From positions 6,367 through 70,366 of the forward strand of contig JANNAT010000142.1 of the NCBI GenBank assembly GCA_031384605.1: DNA of 64,000 bases. Direction: 5' to 3'. The position numbers and the translations under genes were made by a program. The DNA is from Cypionkella sp. Its GTDB lineage: Bacteria; Pseudomonadota; Alphaproteobacteria; Rhodobacterales; Rhodobacteraceae. Shown piece after piece: positions 37,201 through 47,461 of the stretch (the stretch's first letter is position 1; every line of letters starts with the position of its first letter). A model generated the notes under the pieces. The model was not told where the DNA came from, ran no database searches, and saw only the letters and a list, made by a program, of their open reading frames with translations.

Positions 37201-37647
37201 GCGCGGACTTTGATTTCCGACGGGTTGGTGCGCGAAAGCGTTCTGCCCGAGGCGTTGGCCCTGCTGAATGCCCCAGATCTTTCCTGGGTGTTTGCGCCTG
37301 AAACCCTTAGCGAAGTGGCTGTTACCGGGCAACTTGGCGCGCGCCGCATGGTGGGTTCCATTGATCGTTTGGTTGTAACGGATGCCTGCGTGACGGCGGT
37401 TGACTACAAGTCAAACCAAAAGATACCATCTTCGGCTGCGCTTATTCCGGAAGGAATTTTACGCCAATTGGGGGCCTATCTGATTGCCCTGCAAGACATC
37501 TATCCCGATCGCCGGGTCGAGGTGGCGGTGCTTTGGACCAAGACCGCGCAGCTGATGGCGGTTCCTCACGATATCGTGCGGGACGCCTTCGCGCGGACCA
37601 CGATATCTTGCGGTTGGCCACTTGACGACAGCTTGTCGGACCCATAG
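34279..37647 (+). CDS. addA: double-strand break repair helicase-nuclease AddA
   Basis: ATG 34279 overlaps the addB stop (ATGA). UvrD-type motifs ANAGSGKTRVL, LVDEAQDTS and VMTVHGAKGLEAP. C-terminal nuclease region SIDRLVV...AVDYKS. Confidence 0.92.
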   Translation: MTRADAFVRQIQASDPMATTWLSANAGSGKTRVLTDRVARLLLSGVQPQHILCLTYTKAAATEMQNRLFRRLGEWAMKPDVALQKALAELGDEGRHAPGALARARQLFARAIEAPGGLRIQTIHSFCATLLRRFPLEAGVSPQFTELDDRAGRLLRAALVEEMAAVHAPDIIADVAQAYSGEDFTGLMEQVVRNRPGFSLPLDQEQANQLFGLPKDDSVECVLGDVFLGYEAALVAKISPAMLGCKDTDIKIATRLAALDLALPTLGALAALEDILLFGPKTAAPYGAKIGKLPTKDCRAAIAADLPQLEALMLRVEAARPRRLALLAVQKTLILHRFAAVFLPLYEQAKAARGCLDFDDLIARAKGLLTDPSVAAWVLFRLDGGIDHILVDEAQDTSPDQWRVIELLAAEFAAGEGTRDGGRTLFVVGDKKQSIYSFQGADIAVFDEKLDQFSQGFQAADLAFQSLKLEYSFRSSPAILRLVDETFGARFPAALGDTVLHHAFRADMPGRVDLWPMITSAPEKTDENWEDPVDLVAETHHSAQLAEAIAQEIKQLIAAGVQIPTGEDPAQSRQVHAGDFLILVQRRSALFEQIIRACKKAGLPIAGADRLKLGAELAVKDLAALLAFIATPEDDLSLAVTLRSPLCSWTEAELFTLAQGRKGFLWEALRHSVIHSETLAMLADLRDQSDFLRPFDLIERALTRHDGRRRLLARLGPEAEDGIDELLSQALAYERNEVPSLTGFLVWLETDDVEIKRQMDGAGHLIRVMTVHGAKGLEAPIVILPDTATRNPPDYDEIYRLPGGVPIWKTTADHSPPLIQGLRSGRKIKAEQESLRLLYVAMTRAKSWLIVAGAGSADADGAWHRLISQGMQAVGAMPISDGRQRYEFGQWPESSEKQSLIQPDLAQLPAWTAVDATSLARPDQPVSPSDLGGAKVLAGELDGLTEKDGKQRGTALHLLLQHLPRAPSQEWADIARTLISDGLVRESVLPEALALLNAPDLSWVFAPETLSEVAVTGQLGARRMVGSIDRLVVTDACVTAVDYKSNQKIPSSAALIPEGILRQLGAYLIALQDIYPDRRVEVAVLWTKTAQLMAVPHDIVRDAFARTTISCGWPLDDSLSDP

Positions 37648-37683
37648 CTTTAAAGATCGCAGTTATTTTCAGGAGTTCCCACT

Positions 37684-38010
37684 ATGGGTGCCAATACCGT
37701 CGTCGTAACCGACGCCACGTTCGATGCCGAAGTTCGCAAATCGGCTATCCCGGTTGTGGTGGATTTTTGGGCCGAGTGGTGTGGTCCATGCCGCCAGATC
37801 GGCCCGGCCTTGGAAGAGTTGGCGGTGGAATATGCTGGCCGCGTCAAGATCGTCAAGGTCAACGTAGACGATAACCCTGACAGCCCGGCGATGTTGGGCG
37901 TTCGTGGAATTCCGGCGTTGTTTTTGTTCAAGAATGGCGAAGTGGTGTCAAACAAAGTTGGCGCGGCACCGAAAGCCGCTTTGGCCAGCTGGATTGCGTC
38001 AGCAATCTAA
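37684..38010 (+). CDS. trxA: thioredoxin
   Basis: 108 aa with the WAEWCGPCR active site. Confidence 0.95.
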   Translation: MGANTVVVTDATFDAEVRKSAIPVVVDFWAEWCGPCRQIGPALEELAVEYAGRVKIVKVNVDDNPDSPAMLGVRGIPALFLFKNGEVVSNKVGAAPKAALASWIASAI

Positions 38011-38033
38011 TCGCCCGCCGGATTTCGATTTAA

Positions 38034-38059
38034 AGGCACCCCCTACCGGGTGCCTTTTT
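38034..38059 (+). terminator. rho-independent terminator of trxA
   Basis: 8-bp stem AGGCACCC / GGGTGCCT with a 6-nt loop, followed by TTTTTCGTTT. Confidence 0.75.
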
Positions 38060-38171
38060 CGTTTGCCGGCAATGGTTGTGGATCAGGCCGTTTCGCTGGC
38101 TGCTGCCATCGCAACCGCTTGTGCAACTGGCAACCGGGTTCCATATAGAAAGCTTGTGCGGAGGGCGACGT

Positions 38172-38729
38172 ATGGCCGATGAAAAATTTCTCGGATGGCA
38201 TGGCACCACGATTTTGGCCGTGCGACGCGGCGGTGAGGTTGTGGTGGCCGGTGATGGCCAGGTGTCGCTGGGCAATACGGTGATCAAGGGATCAGCCCGA
38301 AAGGTGCGCAGGCTTTCGCCCGGCGGGCATCATGTGGTGGCGGGGTTTGCCGGATCAACTGCGGATGCCTTTACTCTGCTGGAACGGCTGGAGAAAAAAC
38401 TGGAGGCCGCGCCGGGACAGCTGGCGCGCGCCTGTGTTGATCTGGCCAAAGACTGGCGGATGGACAAATACCTGCGCAATCTTGAAGCGATGCTGATCGT
38501 GACCGACGGGGCCGATTTGTATGTGATTACCGGGGCGGGCGATGTGCTGGAACCTGAACATGATGTCGCGGCGATTGGATCGGGCGGGAATTTCGCGCTG
38601 GCGGCGGCGCGGGGGCTGATGACAACCGATCTGGGGGCCGAAGATATCGCACGGCGCGCCATGGCGATTGCCGCCGAAATTTGTGTGTTCACCAATGGCA
38701 ACCTGACGGTTGAACGGATTTCAAAATGA
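38172..38729 (+). CDS. hslV: ATP-dependent protease subunit HslV
   Basis: Start moved to ATG 38172. [13 protein letters not shown] carries the N-terminal Thr nucleophile context, and GSGGNFA is present. Confidence 0.92.
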   Translation: MADEKFLGWHGTTILAVRRGGEVVVAGDGQVSLGNTVIKGSARKVRRLSPGGHHVVAGFAGSTADAFTLLERLEKKLEAAPGQLARACVDLAKDWRMDKYLRNLEAMLIVTDGADLYVITGAGDVLEPEHDVAAIGSGGNFALAAARGLMTTDLGAEDIARRAMAIAAEICVFTNGNLTVERISK

Positions 38730-40021
38730 CCGATCTGACCCCGCGCGAAATTGTCCTTGAACTTGACCGCCATATCATCGGGCAGAATGACGCCAAGCGC
38801 GCGGTGGCCGTGGCGCTGCGCAATCGCTGGCGGCGCAAGCATCTGGCGGATGATTTGCGGGATGAGGTTTATCCCAAAAACATCCTGATGATCGGGCCTA
38901 CCGGGGTTGGCAAAACCGAAATCTCGCGTCGGTTGGCCAAGTTGGCAAAAGCGCCGTTTCTGAAGGTTGAGGCCACAAAGTTTACCGAAGTGGGTTACGT
39001 TGGCCGCGATGTTGACAGCATCATTCGCGATCTGATGGACACGGCCATATCTGACACCCGCGCGCGGATGCGGGATGATGTAAAGGCGCGCGCGCAGGCC
39101 GCCGCCGAAGATCGGGTGATCGAGGCATTGGCCGGTAAAGATGCCCGCGATCAAACCCGCGAGTTGTTTCGCGGCAAGCTGCGGCGCGGCGAAGTGGATG
39201 CAACCATGATCGAGATCGAGGTGGCCGATGCAGCCCCGGCGGGGATGATGCCCATGGGCAACGGCATGGATATGCAGATGCAAGGGCTGCAGGATCTGTT
39301 CAAGGCCTTTGGTGGAAAATCCAGCCGCAAGCGGCTTTCGGTGGCTGACAGCTATGATATTTTGATCAGTCAAGAAGCCGACAAGCTGTTGGATGATGAG
39401 GCGGTCAAGTTGGCGGCGCTTGAGGCAGTGCAGGAAAATGGCATCGTTTTTCTGGATGAAATCGACAAGATTTGTGCCAAGGCTGATGCCCGCGGTGCTG
39501 ATGTTTCACGTGAAGGCGTGCAACGCGATTTGTTGCCATTGATTGAAGGCACGACCGTTTCCACCAAATATGGTCCGGTCAAGACCGACCATATTCTGTT
39601 TATCGCATCGGGCGCGTTTCACAGTGCCAAACCGTCTGATCTGCTGCCGGAATTGCAGGGGCGGCTGCCCATTCGAGTTGAACTGTTGCCGCTGACCGAA
39701 GGCGATTTCGTGCGCATCCTGACAGAAACCGATAACGCCCTGACGTTGCAATATGCGGCATTGATGGGAACCGAACTGGTAGATGTGGCGTTTACCGAAG
39801 ATGGCATTGCGGCCTTGGCCAAAATCGCCGCCGACGTTAATCGCAGTATCGAAAATATCGGCGCGCGGCGGCTGTATACGGTGATGGAGCGGGTGTTTGA
39901 AGAGTTGTCGTTCACAGCGCCGGATCGAGCTGGCGAAAAAGTAGTCATTGACGCTGGTTTTGTAGAGGCGCGCTTGGGTGAAATGTCACGGTCTGCCGAC
40001 ATTTCCCGATACGTGTTGTAG
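38726..40021 (+). CDS. hslU: ATP-dependent protease ATPase subunit HslU
   Basis: 431 aa. Overlaps the hslV stop. Walker A motif [15 protein letters not shown], and [10 protein letters not shown]. Confidence 0.95.
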   Translation: MTDLTPREIVLELDRHIIGQNDAKRAVAVALRNRWRRKHLADDLRDEVYPKNILMIGPTGVGKTEISRRLAKLAKAPFLKVEATKFTEVGYVGRDVDSIIRDLMDTAISDTRARMRDDVKARAQAAAEDRVIEALAGKDARDQTRELFRGKLRRGEVDATMIEIEVADAAPAGMMPMGNGMDMQMQGLQDLFKAFGGKSSRKRLSVADSYDILISQEADKLLDDEAVKLAALEAVQENGIVFLDEIDKICAKADARGADVSREGVQRDLLPLIEGTTVSTKYGPVKTDHILFIASGAFHSAKPSDLLPELQGRLPIRVELLPLTEGDFVRILTETDNALTLQYAALMGTELVDVAFTEDGIAALAKIAADVNRSIENIGARRLYTVMERVFEELSFTAPDRAGEKVVIDAGFVEARLGEMSRSADISRYVL

Positions 40022-40075
40022 GCTGGTAAGCAACGTCAAAAACTGAACAATGCTGTTTTAATTTGAAAGGCTTAC

Positions 40076-41179
40076 ATGCCGCGCACGCTGTTGATTTTGG
40101 TTTTGACGGTCTTGATTTCTTGCAGCCCGCGCGGTCAATTGGCCTTGGCGCCCGAAGGTGCCCGGCTTGGCGATATCACTCCCGTGTTCGTGGCCACCAC
40201 GCGCGATGTGAAGGATGGTGCCTTTGACACTGGCAGATCAGAGTCTGTGCATTTTGCCCGTTATGATATCTCGGTGCCGCCGCAACGCGAGCTGGGAGAA
40301 ATCAATTGGCCGCCACGGGGGGCCAAGCCGAACCCGGCCAAGCATTTTGTAACTGCAAAGCAAGTTCTTTTCGCGGGTGAGCCTGATTTCCGCAGCGATC
40401 TGTCAAGGTCGTTGTCTGTCAACGGCAGCGAGGCGGTTATCTTCGTGCATGGCTACAACACCAACTTTTCTGAAGGGTTATACCGCATCGCCCAGTTTGC
40501 GCATGATCTTGAGCTGCCCGGCACAGTTGTGCATTACGCCTGGCCATCCGCCGCCATTCCGCTGGGCTATGTCTACGACCGCGATTCGTCATTGTTTGCG
40601 CGCGACGGGCTGGAGGCGCTGATCCGCGAGGTGAAGGCATCGGGTGCCACGCGCATTCTGCTGGTCGCCCATTCCATGGGGGCAAGCCTGACCATGGAGG
40701 CGCTGCGGCAAGCGGCCATTCGGGGCGACAAGGGGTCGTTGGCCGCAATCGGCGGCGTTATTCTGATCTCGCCCGACATTGATGTTGATGTGTTTCGCGC
40801 GCAGGCGCATGCAATTGGCAAGCTTCCACAACCGTTTGTTATTTTCGGGTCCGATCGGGATCGGTTTTTGCGGTTGTCGGCGCAACTGACGGGACAGGCC
40901 GAACGGCTGGGGTCGCTTTCTGATGTGTCCAAGGTGGCAGATCTTGAGGTAACCCTGCTGGATGTCAGCCAATTTGCCGAAGGTGCTGGACATTTCACAC
41001 TTGGCGATTCGCCGGCGTTGATTTTGCTGTTGGACCGGATTGGCGATCTGGAAGGCGCCTTTGAAAAAGACCGGATTGCGCGGCTCGGCTTGGTCTCGGG
41101 GGTGGTGCTGACAGTGCAAAACGCCACACAGGTCATTTTGCGGCCGGTGGTAGGTGTTGCCAACGAATTTACCCGCTAG
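40076..41179 (+). CDS. DUF900-type alpha/beta hydrolase lipoprotein
   Basis: Lipobox LISC after a signal peptide. VHGYNTNF and AHSMGA nucleophile-elbow motifs. Confidence 0.7.
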   Translation: MPRTLLILVLTVLISCSPRGQLALAPEGARLGDITPVFVATTRDVKDGAFDTGRSESVHFARYDISVPPQRELGEINWPPRGAKPNPAKHFVTAKQVLFAGEPDFRSDLSRSLSVNGSEAVIFVHGYNTNFSEGLYRIAQFAHDLELPGTVVHYAWPSAAIPLGYVYDRDSSLFARDGLEALIREVKASGATRILLVAHSMGASLTMEALRQAAIRGDKGSLAAIGGVILISPDIDVDVFRAQAHAIGKLPQPFVIFGSDRDRFLRLSAQLTGQAERLGSLSDVSKVADLEVTLLDVSQFAEGAGHFTLGDSPALILLLDRIGDLEGAFEKDRIARLGLVSGVVLTVQNATQVILRPVVGVANEFTR

Positions 41180-41252
41180 ATCGGGTCAGGTTTGCGCGAA
41201 GCGAGACGCTGTGATTTCCGATACCCCTGTTTCCGTCTAAACCTGCACCGCT

Positions 41253-41864
41253 TCAGGCCCGCCGCAGGTAAACATAAAACGCCCCGGATCCGCCGTGTTT
41301 CAGGTGTGCTTCTGATATTTGCAGCACAGTCATCCCCAAGGGCGGCAGGCGCAGCCATTGTGGCACCTGATGGCGCAACACACCCATCTTTTGCGGAATG
41401 GGCCCGATATCCTGGCCGCGCTTGCCCTTGCCGGTGATGACCAGCACCAGCCGCAGCCCGTGGGATTGCGCATTCAGGATGAAATGGATCAACTCGGGGT
41501 GGGCTTCGGACAGGGTTAGCCCGTGCAGGTCAATACGGGCTTCGGGGGCCAGTCTGCCACGAGTCATCTTGGCGTGCTTTCTGGCGTCCATTTGCAAAGC
41601 GGCGGCTGCCAAAGTCTGCGGCAACGTGGGGGCCAGATCATGCGTGTGCTTAACCCGCGATTTTTCTCCAAGACGAAACAGCGGCATGCGGGGGGTTGGC
41701 GCCGCCAGCGGCACAATCGTTTCTGGTTGAAACGGCGTTGGGTGCGGCGGTGTTTCAACCTTTTTCAAAAACACATGCCCCATTGCATGCATCGGCTTGG
41801 CTGTGCGCGCCACAGCCTGCCAGATTTCTACTTCATCGGGGCGAAGGGTGCGACGGCGCGCCAT
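41253..41864 (-). CDS. Smr domain-containing protein
   Basis: 203 aa. C-terminal IDLHGLTLSEAH...VITGKG Smr domain. Confidence 0.8.
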   Translation of the reverse strand: MARRRTLRPDEVEIWQAVARTAKPMHAMGHVFLKKVETPPHPTPFQPETIVPLAAPTPRMPLFRLGEKSRVKHTHDLAPTLPQTLAAAALQMDARKHAKMTRGRLAPEARIDLHGLTLSEAHPELIHFILNAQSHGLRLVLVITGKGKRGQDIGPIPQKMGVLRHQVPQWLRLPPLGMTVLQISEAHLKHGGSGAFYVYLRRA

Positions 41865-41867
41865 AGA

Positions 41868-42899
41868 TCAGCCCTCTGGCAGCATCGCGTAGGCGCGATC
41901 AATTGGCAAAAGCACGATCAGCCGCCCGCCGTCTTTTATTGTGCCCGCATCATTACCCGCCTGCTCACCCGTACCGTAGAAAATATCCGCACGCTGCGGG
42001 CCTTTGATGGCCCCACCGGTGTCTTGCGCCACCATCAAGCGCCGAAACGGGTTTGCCCCGTCTTTTTCAATCCAGACCGGAGCACCAAGCGGGGTAAAAT
42101 CAGGATCAATTGCGACAGATCGCAGCGTCGTAATCGACTTACCCATCGCCCCAATCGGGCCTTTGTCGGCAGGCAAACCGGCAATTTTGCGGAAAAAGAT
42201 ATAGGACGGGTTGATGTTCAAAAGAGCGGCCCCAACCGCCGGGTTATTGCGCACGAAGGCCCTGATGCCTTGGGCCGATACCTGATCCGCCGACATCGTG
42301 CCGCGCGCCACCATTTCTTTGCCAACGGATACATAGGCATGGCCGTTGCGCCCTGCATAACCCACACGCATCACCCGACCATCTGTCATCTTGATACGAC
42401 CGGACCCTTGGATATGCAAAAAGAATACCTCTACCGGGTCTTCAAGCCATGCCAGTTCAAGGCCCCGGCCACGCAGAACACCCCGTTCTATTGCGGCACG
42501 GTCATAGAAAACCTGCCCGTCCTGCAATTCGGGTGGGCGGGCATAAATCGGATAGGCATATCGGGGGGTTCGGGAGGGCGATCCGCGCAGTTCGGGTTCG
42601 TAATATCCGGTGAACAGCGCCGGTGTCGTCCCGATCTGAACCGGTTTGAAGACAAGTTCAAAAAAGGCCTTCGCCGATGCATCTGTGGCACCTGCATCGG
42701 CGGCCAGTCGGCAAATCGGCGCCCAATCATCAGGCAAACTTTGGCAGGTCTTCAGAAACGTCAGAAGTGCCGCGCGATGATCGTCGTCCTGCCAGCCGTC
42801 CAAGCCCTCAAAATCCAGCATTTGGGCGGAAACCGGGGGTGCGGCAGTCATGAAAAGCACAAAGGCACAAAGCAACGCACGCATCCGCCCCCGCCTCAA
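41868..42899 (-). CDS. mltA: murein transglycosylase A
   Basis: 343 aa with a signal peptide. GYYEP, FLHIQGSG and DTGGAIKG (3D domain) motifs. Confidence 0.88.
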   Translation of the reverse strand: MRRGRMRALLCAFVLFMTAAPPVSAQMLDFEGLDGWQDDDHRAALLTFLKTCQSLPDDWAPICRLAADAGATDASAKAFFELVFKPVQIGTTPALFTGYYEPELRGSPSRTPRYAYPIYARPPELQDGQVFYDRAAIERGVLRGRGLELAWLEDPVEVFFLHIQGSGRIKMTDGRVMRVGYAGRNGHAYVSVGKEMVARGTMSADQVSAQGIRAFVRNNPAVGAALLNINPSYIFFRKIAGLPADKGPIGAMGKSITTLRSVAIDPDFTPLGAPVWIEKDGANPFRRLMVAQDTGGAIKGPQRADIFYGTGEQAGNDAGTIKDGGRLIVLLPIDRAYAMLPEG

Positions 42900-43555
42900 T
42901 CGCCGGTGGCGACCAATTGCCAGTTTGGATCTTGCCCACCCATGGTGCGTGCAAAGGTCCAGCTGTCCCGCTGCCGCTTGATTTCGGTGGTCGAGCCCTC
43001 GACAACCTGACCCGCCTTATCCCGAACCGCAGACGTCAGCTCACCTACAAACCGCAAAGTGATTTCACCGCTGCGGGTGGCGGTATCATATTCGGCCTCA
43101 GACACGGTGATTTCGCGCAAACCGACAAAGTTCGCGTCAACCGTCCGGCCGTCGCGATTTCGGGTGCTGATGACTTCGGCAAAGCTTGCACCTACCTCGT
43201 CTGACAGAAACGGCCGGATGCTGTCCAGATCGCCACGCTCAAACGCCATCAGGATCATTTCATAAGCACCGCGTGCGCCACGCATGAATTCGCCCAAATT
43301 GAAACCGGGTTCCGCCTGTTTCATCGCAGCCAAAGCAACGGCGGCTTCGGATCCTTCGGGCACATGATCGGTTATGTCGCGATCTGGTCCACCCTGAATA
43401 ACCTCAAAATCCCGCTTGGCCTTTGGCCGCGCGGCGTCGACGGGCACGATTGGCTTTTCAAAACCTTCGCGGGTGCCCAAAACAGAACGCAGTTTCAGGA
43501 TTAAAAACACCGCAATCCCTGCCAGGACAAGAAGCTGAAGCACGGAAGAATTCAT
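42896..43555 (-). CDS. Tim44-domain-containing membrane protein
   Basis: Start moved to ATG 43555 (GAGGG RBS). N-terminal TM segment, then the C-terminal Tim44-like domain (...ERGDLDSIRPFLSDEV..., WTFAR). Overlaps the mltA start. Confidence 0.75.
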   Translation of the reverse strand: MNSSVLQLLVLAGIAVFLILKLRSVLGTREGFEKPIVPVDAARPKAKRDFEVIQGGPDRDITDHVPEGSEAAVALAAMKQAEPGFNLGEFMRGARGAYEMILMAFERGDLDSIRPFLSDEVGASFAEVISTRNRDGRTVDANFVGLREITVSEAEYDTATRSGEITLRFVGELTSAVRDKAGQVVEGSTTEIKRQRDSWTFARTMGGQDPNWQLVATGD

Positions 43556-43669
43556 CTGACCCTCAAAACTTGCCCGGGGGGTTGGCGGCCCGAGCTTTGG
43601 CACCTTATGTAGGGGTTGGGTGCGCCCAAGTCTACCTTTTGGGACATCACTAATTGAGGGGCTGCGACA

Positions 43670-44152
43670 ATGTGGATATTTGCGCTGTTTTTGCTGGTGC
43701 CGTTGGTCGAAATTGCGCTGTTTATCACGGTTGGCGGGTGGCTTACGCTGTGGCCGACGCTGGGGATTGTGGTGCTGACCGGGGTGTTGGGGGCATTTTT
43801 AGTGCGCTGGCAAGGCATGGGTGTGCTGCGTGACCTTCAGCGGGCCGGGGCAACCGGCGATCCGATTTCGCCGCTGGCACACGGAGCGTTGATCTTGATC
43901 GGCGGCTTTATGCTGATGCTGCCGGGATTTTTTACCGACAGCATCGGATTTTTGTTGATGGTGCCGCCGTTGCGCCGGGTTTTGATCCGCATTTTGGCGC
44001 GGCGCATGAAGGCAGGCGCGATGCGCATGCGCGGCTATGCTGCTTATCAATCGCGGCCCACCGCAGCCGATGATTGGGTGGATGCCGAGTTTGAGGACGT
44101 GGCCCCTGACCCCGACAAACTTGGTGGCCCTTCGAAATGGACCAACCATTGA
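43670..44152 (+). CDS. fxsA: FxsA family membrane protein
   Basis: MWIFALFLLVPLVEIALFITVGGWL and LMLPGFFTD motifs. Confidence 0.85.
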   Translation: MWIFALFLLVPLVEIALFITVGGWLTLWPTLGIVVLTGVLGAFLVRWQGMGVLRDLQRAGATGDPISPLAHGALILIGGFMLMLPGFFTDSIGFLLMVPPLRRVLIRILARRMKAGAMRMRGYAAYQSRPTAADDWVDAEFEDVAPDPDKLGGPSKWTNH

Positions 44153-44206
44153 GCGCCGCCGCATGACCTGCTAGGACGGTGCAGCGATTTTACGGGAGTG
44201 GGTTGG

Positions 44207-44692
44207 ATGGCAGAAGAAACTGGCGGCGCGCCGCAAATCAAGATGTCTGTTTTGGCGCAATATGTGCGTGACATGTCATTTGAAAACATGGTGGCCCAAA
44301 AAGGTCTGACGGGCGGCGATGTGCAGCCTGATATTCAAGTGGCCGTCAGCCTTGACGCCCGCAAGCGGGCACAAGACCACCAGTTCGATATTGTGACCAA
44401 GTTCAAGGTGACGTCGAAGAACAAGGTCAATGGTGACACGCTTTTCTTGATGGAGCTGGACTATGGCGGCATTTTCCACGTCGAAGGCGTGCCCGAGGAT
44501 CAGTTGCACCCGTTCTTGTTGATCGAATGCCCAAGGCTGTTGTTTCCCTTTGTGCGCCGGATCATTTCGGATGTGACACGCGATGGGGGCTTTCCGCCAT
44601 TGAACATCGACACCGTCGATTTCCTCGCTCTATACCGCACCGAATTACAGCGCCGCTCGGCTGCGCAAGTGCCGCAAGGCCAACCGAACTAG
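44207..44692 (+). CDS. secB: protein-export chaperone SecB
   Basis: ATG 44207 has GGGAG 8 nt upstream. VLAQYVRDMSFEN and CPRLLFPFVRRIISDVTRDGGFPPL motifs. Confidence 0.92.
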   Translation: MAEETGGAPQIKMSVLAQYVRDMSFENMVAQKGLTGGDVQPDIQVAVSLDARKRAQDHQFDIVTKFKVTSKNKVNGDTLFLMELDYGGIFHVEGVPEDQLHPFLLIECPRLLFPFVRRIISDVTRDGGFPPLNIDTVDFLALYRTELQRRSAAQVPQGQPN

Positions 44693-44744
44693 AATCGTGC
44701 ATGACGCCTGATTTTGCCGTGGCAAAGTCCGGCGTTTACGCAGC

Positions 44745-45443
44745 CTATCCGCGCTTTGACCAGATCGCGGTTTCCCCGATGGCCGCTACGAATCCAACAT
44801 GTGCCGCAGTTTCATCGGCGGTCAGCCGCGATGCCAGCGGGTTTGGCCGTGGCATGGGCCGCCAGTCTGACGCGGATTGCGATACGCCGGATGAATTGGA
44901 TTGGGTGGCAGGGTTAAGGCCAAAATCGGGTTGCCTGCCCCCGATCAGTTCAAGATAGACCTCTGCCAAAATCTCGGAATCCAGCAAAGCCCCATGTTTT
45001 TCGCGGGCAGAATTATCAACGCCAAAGCGACGGCACAGTGCATCAAGCGACGCCGGAGAGCCGGGAAATTTGCTGCGGGCCAGCATCAGCGTATCTGTTG
45101 CGCGGGCGAATGGCAGTGGTGCCAAACCGGCGGATTTAAGTTCAGCGTTCAGGAATTTCATATCGAACGCCGCATTATGGATGACCAGTTGGGCATCGGC
45201 GATGAAATTCAGAAAGGCTTGCGCTGCGGATTTGAACAGCGGCTTGTCGCGTAGAAAATCATTGCCAAGGCCGTGCACGTCGAAGGCCTCTTTTGGCATG
45301 GGGCGTTCGGGATTCAGATACTGATGATACGTGCGCCCGGTTGGCAGATGATTGAAAAGTTCGACCGCGCCAATTTCGACGATGCGGTGGCCTTCGCTGG
45401 GTTCAAAGCCGGTGGTTTCGGTATCAAGCACGATTTCACGCAT
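44745..45443 (-). CDS. dnaQ: DNA polymerase III subunit epsilon
   Basis: Start moved to ATG 45443. [12 protein letters not shown] (ExoI), HNAAFD (ExoII) and [14 protein letters not shown] (ExoIII). Confidence 0.92.
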   Translation of the reverse strand: MREIVLDTETTGFEPSEGHRIVEIGAVELFNHLPTGRTYHQYLNPERPMPKEAFDVHGLGNDFLRDKPLFKSAAQAFLNFIADAQLVIHNAAFDMKFLNAELKSAGLAPLPFARATDTLMLARSKFPGSPASLDALCRRFGVDNSAREKHGALLDSEILAEVYLELIGGRQPDFGLNPATQSNSSGVSQSASDWRPMPRPNPLASRLTADETAAHVGFVAAIGETAIWSKRG

Positions 45444-46029
45444 GGGCGATCCTTTGACGAATATCTGCAAGGATAGCCTTCACCGCATCGCGCGCCAAGT
45501 CCATCGACAAGGTTTCGATGATCCAGGTGGCGCGGGTGCGCTTTTCGGCATCGGGCATCTGGCGGGACAGAAGTGTTTCATAATCGGCGTCTGTCATCTC
45601 GCCGCGTGCCAGCACCCGCGCGCGCTGCACATCGGCGGGCGCGGACACAACGACCACCCCATCGCAAAGCGCATCGGCCTTGGTTTCGTAAAGCAGCGGG
45701 ATATCCAGCAAAACGATATCCTGCGGATGCGATGCCAGAAACGCTGCACGATCTGCGGCGACCAGCGGGTGAACGATGGTTTGGATAAGGTCCAGATTGG
45801 TTTTGTCATCAGCGATAAGACCACGCAGCGCCTGCCGCGAAACGGCACCATCAATGATCGCCGCTGGCCAGATGCGCGCTATTGCGAGCGTCGCGGGCTG
45901 TCCGGTGGCATAAAGTTTGTGAACCGTGGCATCGGCGTCCCAGACAGGCACGCCTTCATCAGCAAACATCTGTGCCGCCGTGGACTTGCCCATGCCGATC
46001 GAGCCGGTCAGGCCAAGGCGGTAGGTCAC
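45436..46029 (-). CDS. coaE: dephospho-CoA kinase
   Basis: 197 aa. [14 protein letters not shown]-loop. Overlaps the dnaQ start. Confidence 0.9.
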   Translation of the reverse strand: MTYRLGLTGSIGMGKSTAAQMFADEGVPVWDADATVHKLYATGQPATLAIARIWPAAIIDGAVSRQALRGLIADDKTNLDLIQTIVHPLVAADRAAFLASHPQDIVLLDIPLLYETKADALCDGVVVVSAPADVQRARVLARGEMTDADYETLLSRQMPDAEKRTRATWIIETLSMDLARDAVKAILADIRQRIAHA

Positions 46030-46865
46030 AGGCCTAAAACGGCATTGCGGGTGGCGTCATCAACATCCGGGCGTTGGCCAAACCAACGTTCAAACCCCGG
46101 CGCGGCTTGATGCAACAACATGCCAAGGCCATCAACTATCGTACAGCCCCGGTGTTGTGCATCTAGCAAAAGCTGTGTTTTCAAGGGGTTATAAACCAAA
46201 TCGGTGACAATCGCCGATTTTTCCAAGGCATCAAGCGGAACCCGAAAGTCAGGCTTACCCGCCATACCCAATGAGGTGGTATTCACCACCGTTGCTGCCC
46301 CTTCCAGCATATTGGCGGCTTGCACCCAATCAAAGACGGTCAGCTTTGCGCCAAAATCGGCCCGCAGTGCCTCGGCGCGCGGGCGGGTTCGATTAGCGAT
46401 GCGAATTTCGGGAACGCCCACTTCGATCAGGGCGGCCACCACGGCACGTGCAGCACCGCCGGCACCAAACACGACGGCCGGGCCGCCGGCAGGCACCCAC
46501 TGGGGGGCGTTCTGACGCAGGTTGGCCATAAATCCCGACCCGTCAGTGTTATCCGCATGGATGCGGCCATCTTTGCGGAAAATCAAGGTGTTGGCAGCCC
46601 CAATCAGGGCCGCGCGATCTGTCACGATGTCTGCAAGGTGAAGGACGGTTTCTTTGTGAGGGATGGTCACGTTCAGCCCGACAAAGCCCAGCTTTGGCAG
46701 GGTGACAAGGGCGTCTTTAAGATCAGCCTGACCGACATCCATTGGGATGTAATGGCCCTTGATCCCGTACCGGCGCAGCCAGTAGCCATGCAGCTGCGGT
46801 GATTTGCTGTGCGCAATGGGGTGGCCAATGACGCCGGCCAAGGGGATACGGGGAAGGTCGGTCAT
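46026..46865 (-). CDS. aroE: shikimate dehydrogenase
   Basis: 279 aa. [19 protein letters not shown] and GAGGAARA motifs. Confidence 0.92.
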   Translation of the reverse strand: MTDLPRIPLAGVIGHPIAHSKSPQLHGYWLRRYGIKGHYIPMDVGQADLKDALVTLPKLGFVGLNVTIPHKETVLHLADIVTDRAALIGAANTLIFRKDGRIHADNTDGSGFMANLRQNAPQWVPAGGPAVVFGAGGAARAVVAALIEVGVPEIRIANRTRPRAEALRADFGAKLTVFDWVQAANMLEGAATVVNTTSLGMAGKPDFRVPLDALEKSAIVTDLVYNPLKTQLLLDAQHRGCTIVDGLGMLLHQAAPGFERWFGQRPDVDDATRNAVLGL

Positions 46866-47461
46866 GTTGCGATGAACCCTCTTTGACCAAGGTAGCCAAG
46901 CAGCGGAAGCAATGGCAAGCCGAGGACTGTAAAATAATCACCCTCTACCTTTGAGAACAAACGAACACCTTCCTCTTCCAGTTTATAAACCCCGACAGAG
47001 TGCTGCGCGCTGAGCCAGTTTCTATCAAGATACTCTTCAAGATAAGCATCTGTCACAGCGCGCATGGTGAGGCTGGCCACTGATACATGACGCCAGATCG
47101 GTCTTGCGTGATCATAAAGTACGGCCGCAGAGACAAGGCGATGGGTTTGGCCCCGAAGATCTTGTAACTGTTTGCGGGCCGTGTCGCGTGTGTCGGGCTT
47201 GGCAAACACGCAGTCTTTAAGGGCGAGCACCTGATCACATCCAAGAACCAGTGCCGATGGGTTCTTATCGGCCAGTTTGCGGGCTTTAAGCTCGGCAAGG
47301 GCATCCGCGATGTCTTGCGGTGACGCGTTGGCGGCCTGCAGGCCGACACGGATCGTCTCTTCGTCAATTCTGGCTGCGCATGCTGTCACTTGCAGTCCGG
47401 CCGCCAACAGCAGGTTCAGCCGGATCTGCGAGGCTGACGCCAGAATTAGGGGGCGGGTCAT
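46862..47461 (-). CDS. maf: Maf family nucleoside triphosphate pyrophosphatase
   Basis: Start moved to ATG 47461 ([14 protein letters not shown]). The longer track ORF would run through a consensus DnaA box. Confidence 0.85.
   Translation of the reverse strand: MTRPLILASASQIRLNLLLAAGLQVTACAARIDEETIRVGLQAANASPQDIADALAELKARKLADKNPSALVLGCDQVLALKDCVFAKPDTRDTARKQLQDLRGQTHRLVSAAVLYDHARPIWRHVSVASLTMRAVTDAYLEEYLDRNWLSAQHSVGVYKLEEEGVRLFSKVEGDYFTVLGLPLLPLLGYLGQRGFIAT

Noticed and set aside
38330-39373. 347-aa minus-strand ORF
   Set aside because: Antisense to hslV/hslU. A shadow ORF of a GC-rich gene.
41523-43010. 495-aa plus-strand ORF
   Set aside because: Antisense to mltA and part of the Smr gene, both of which have clear family motifs. 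The translation is Arg/Gln/Cys-rich with no domain-like features.
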